From Eledone cirrhosa (Eukaryota), in NCBI GenBank assembly GCA_964016885.1, contig OZ024745.1, forward strand, positions 103,974,001 through 104,038,000: a stretch of 64,000 nucleotides of DNA, read 5' to 3'. The notes under the pieces were generated by a model. The model had not been told where the DNA came from. It ran no database searches and saw nothing but the letters and a program-made list of their open reading frames with translations. Below are positions 61,664-64,000 of the stretch, one piece after another. How positions within the stretch are numbered: the stretch's first letter is position 1; each line of letters starts with the position of its first letter. A program made the position numbers and the translations under genes.

Positions 61664-62809
61664 CCCCAAAAAAACAACAGAAAACCCAACTGTACCAATA
61701 TGAAATGGAACCAAAGAACATGAAGCATGAACCATGACATATGTTAACTTGATGGTAAGCTTTCTGAAAGGAATAAATAAAATACATAACTATTAAATCC
61801 TTTACCCAGAAGATTTTAAAGCATTCCTTTTTTAATGAACTCACCTGGAATATATTCAAAATGTCTGAAAAGGTAAATTTACTGCAGTGAAAGAAAGTCT
61901 TGCAGCATATAATCTGTATATGATTAAAATTGGTGGAGTAGAATTTTTATTCTCCTTAATCTAGCAGATATGTGGATTGGCAGTATCGGTAGAAAGTCGG
62001 ACGCCATGCTTTCCAGCATCGTTACGTCCCTTTACGGTCTGAGTTCAAATCCCGCCGAGGTTAACTTTGCGTTTCATCCTTACGGGGTCGATAAAATAAG
62101 GTACCAGTAATGTACTGGGTAATTGCTGACCTTGTGCCAAAAGTAGAAACAATTATTTATTACCATTTTCCCTTGACAACCTACACTGCCTTCATAACTA
62201 AACTGGTATTGTGATATTCAACAATATGTATGATATTAATTCAAAACGTATGAAAACTATTTATAAAGAAAAGACAACTAATTCTTAAAACAGAGTTGGA
62301 AGAGTGCCAAAAAAATAACTATACATTCAAATTGGTATTTTCTCAGAGAAACAAAGAAATCCTTCATGATAATGTCCTCAACAAATCACATTTGGCAGAG
62401 CCTTGCTTCTTGGTAAAAGCTATAACAACAACAATAATAATAATAATAATAATAATATGGAGGCACATGGCTTAGTGGTTAGAGCATTGGCCTTGCAATC
62501 GAAAGGTTGTGAGTTCAATTCTCAGACTGGGTGATGTGTTGTTTCCTTGAGCAAGACACTTTATTTCACATTGCTCCAGTTTACTCAGCTGTAGAAATGA
62601 GATGATAGGGACTGGGGTTCCTATCATTCCACTGCAAAGTGGTCGTGGAGGTGCCACGAAAAAAAAGCACCCAGCACTCACTGTAAATGAGGTTGGTGTT
62701 AGGAAGGGCATCCAGCTGTAGAAATCAAGCCAAAATCAGTTCCCGTCCCACCCTTGCAAGCAGGGAAAAAGCGGACGTAAAATGAAATGAAATGAAATGA
62801 AAATGAATA

Positions 62810-63352
62810 AAAGTAAACGATTTACCACATTCTGAGAAGTGGTATGAGCATAAGCCGGAGTCGGTGATAGAAAACGATTAGGTGAAGGCGCTGTGGGATT
62901 TTAGGATACAGACGGACAAGTAACTGGAACACAATAGACCTGACCTGGTGGTTTTCGACAAAGAAAAAAGATTGTGCCTGATTGTGGATGTGGCCTGCCC
63001 ATTCGACACGAGAGTGCAAGAGAAGGAGAGGGAGAAAATTAACCGATACCAGGACTTAAAGTGGGAGGTAAAAAGGATTTGGAACTGCCATGAAGTCAAA
63101 GTGGTCCCGATTGTCATAGGCGCACTAGGTACTATCTCAAAAAGTTTCCAGGGATGGTTAAAGAAAATTGGCCCCTTCACGCTTTTTGGAACGCTTCAAA
63201 AGGCATGCTTGCTGGGAACAGCAAGAACCCTCCGATACGTCCTGAATATCTGAGGCTGCAGGTAGTGGCTTGATATTCATTTCAACAAACTTTCCAGTTA
63301 ACTAACATCAATGAATGAGACTCAAAGAATAATAATAATAATAATAATAATT
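62810..63352 (+). mobile_element. 5'-truncated R4/Dong-like RLE non-LTR retrotransposon ending in (TAA)n
   Basis: RPDLVVFDK..IVDVACPFD..EKEREKINRYQDL..VVPIVIGALG..LQKACLLGTARTLR is a restriction-like endonuclease region. Confidence 0.9.
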
Positions 63353-64000
63353 ATGTGACTGATAGTAGGGAGCCAATGCTCAGAATTGTACTGAAGGAGA
63401 GGACAATAGACCAGGGGATGTCCAAGGAGGAAATAACAACAAGGAGAAAGAGCAGCCTTCATGAAAAATCCCTTCATAGTACCTTCTTTGAGAAAACTGA
63501 ATTCAGAGATCCACAGACATGGAACTGGTTACAAAGAGGAGACCTTAAAAAGGCTACAGAAGGAATGCTAATGGCTGCGCAAGAGCAGGCCCTCAAAACG
63601 AAGTGGTTGAAACACCATATTTTCAAGGAGGAGGCTAGCCCACAGTGCAGGATCTGTGGAGAGAGAGAGGAGACTGTGGCTCACATTGTATCCGAGTGTA
63701 AACACCTAGCCCAGACTCACTATAAAGACTGGAGACATGATGTGATGGGCAGGGTGATCCACTGGCACCTATGCAAAGTAAACAATTTACTACATTCTGA
63801 GAAGTGGTATGAGCATAAGCCAGAGTCGGTGATAGAAAACGATCAGGTGAAGGTGCTGTAGGATTTTAGGATACAGACGGACAAGAAACTGGAACACAAT
63901 AGACCTGACCTGGTGGTTTTGGACAAGGAAAAAAGATTGTGCCTGATTGTGGATGTGGCCTGCCCATTCGACATGAGAGTGCAAGAGAAGAAGAACATTA
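63353..64000 (+). mobile_element. Second tandem R4/Dong-like copy (continues beyond the window)
   Basis: TEGMLMAAQEQAL, CCHC knuckle CRIC..EETVAHIVSEC, RHD, then VL*DF..RPDLVV. Region 63775-63990 closely matches 62810-63025. Confidence 0.9.

Noticed and set aside
61855-61915. Candidate missing TOM1 upstream exon ending CCAG|gtgagt
   Set aside because: No frame resembles the expected VHS N-terminus (EDW..NMEICD.IN), and the nearest acceptors give frame-shifting lengths. The true exon is probably beyond 64000.

Overview
AT-rich, repeat-dense animal DNA. The SINE, RTE and MITE repertoire suggests an octopod cephalopod (inference). The whole window lies inside one minus-strand host gene, a TOM1/TOM1L2-family VHS-GAT endosomal adaptor. 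Eight coding exons can be spliced by hand in frame with GT-AG sites (46045-46129, 38839-38985, 22916-23050, 17560-17622, 6272-6589, 5423-5501, 2217-2374, 344-452). The first VHS exon(s) and the C-terminal exons appear to lie outside the window. The introns hold: an apparently intact RTE LINE with a PHD-like finger inside its RT region, plus decayed sister copies; an Hsmar2-like mariner with one nonsense codon; a Buster/SPIN-type hAT nested in a Helitron; two further non-autonomous Helitrons; Penelope-like remnants with hammerhead-ribozyme cores and inverted termini; tandem R4/Dong-like elements at a (TAA)n; piggyBac-type MITEs; several tRNA-SINE families; and a 48-bp minisatellite grown out of an RTE-derived element. 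The most interesting new candidates are a frame-preserving 9-nt microexon in the VHS domain, a polyQ exon in the VHS-GAT linker, a double-hammerhead palindrome, and the LINE/SINE/minisatellite module relationships. All coordinates were read by eye and no searches were run.
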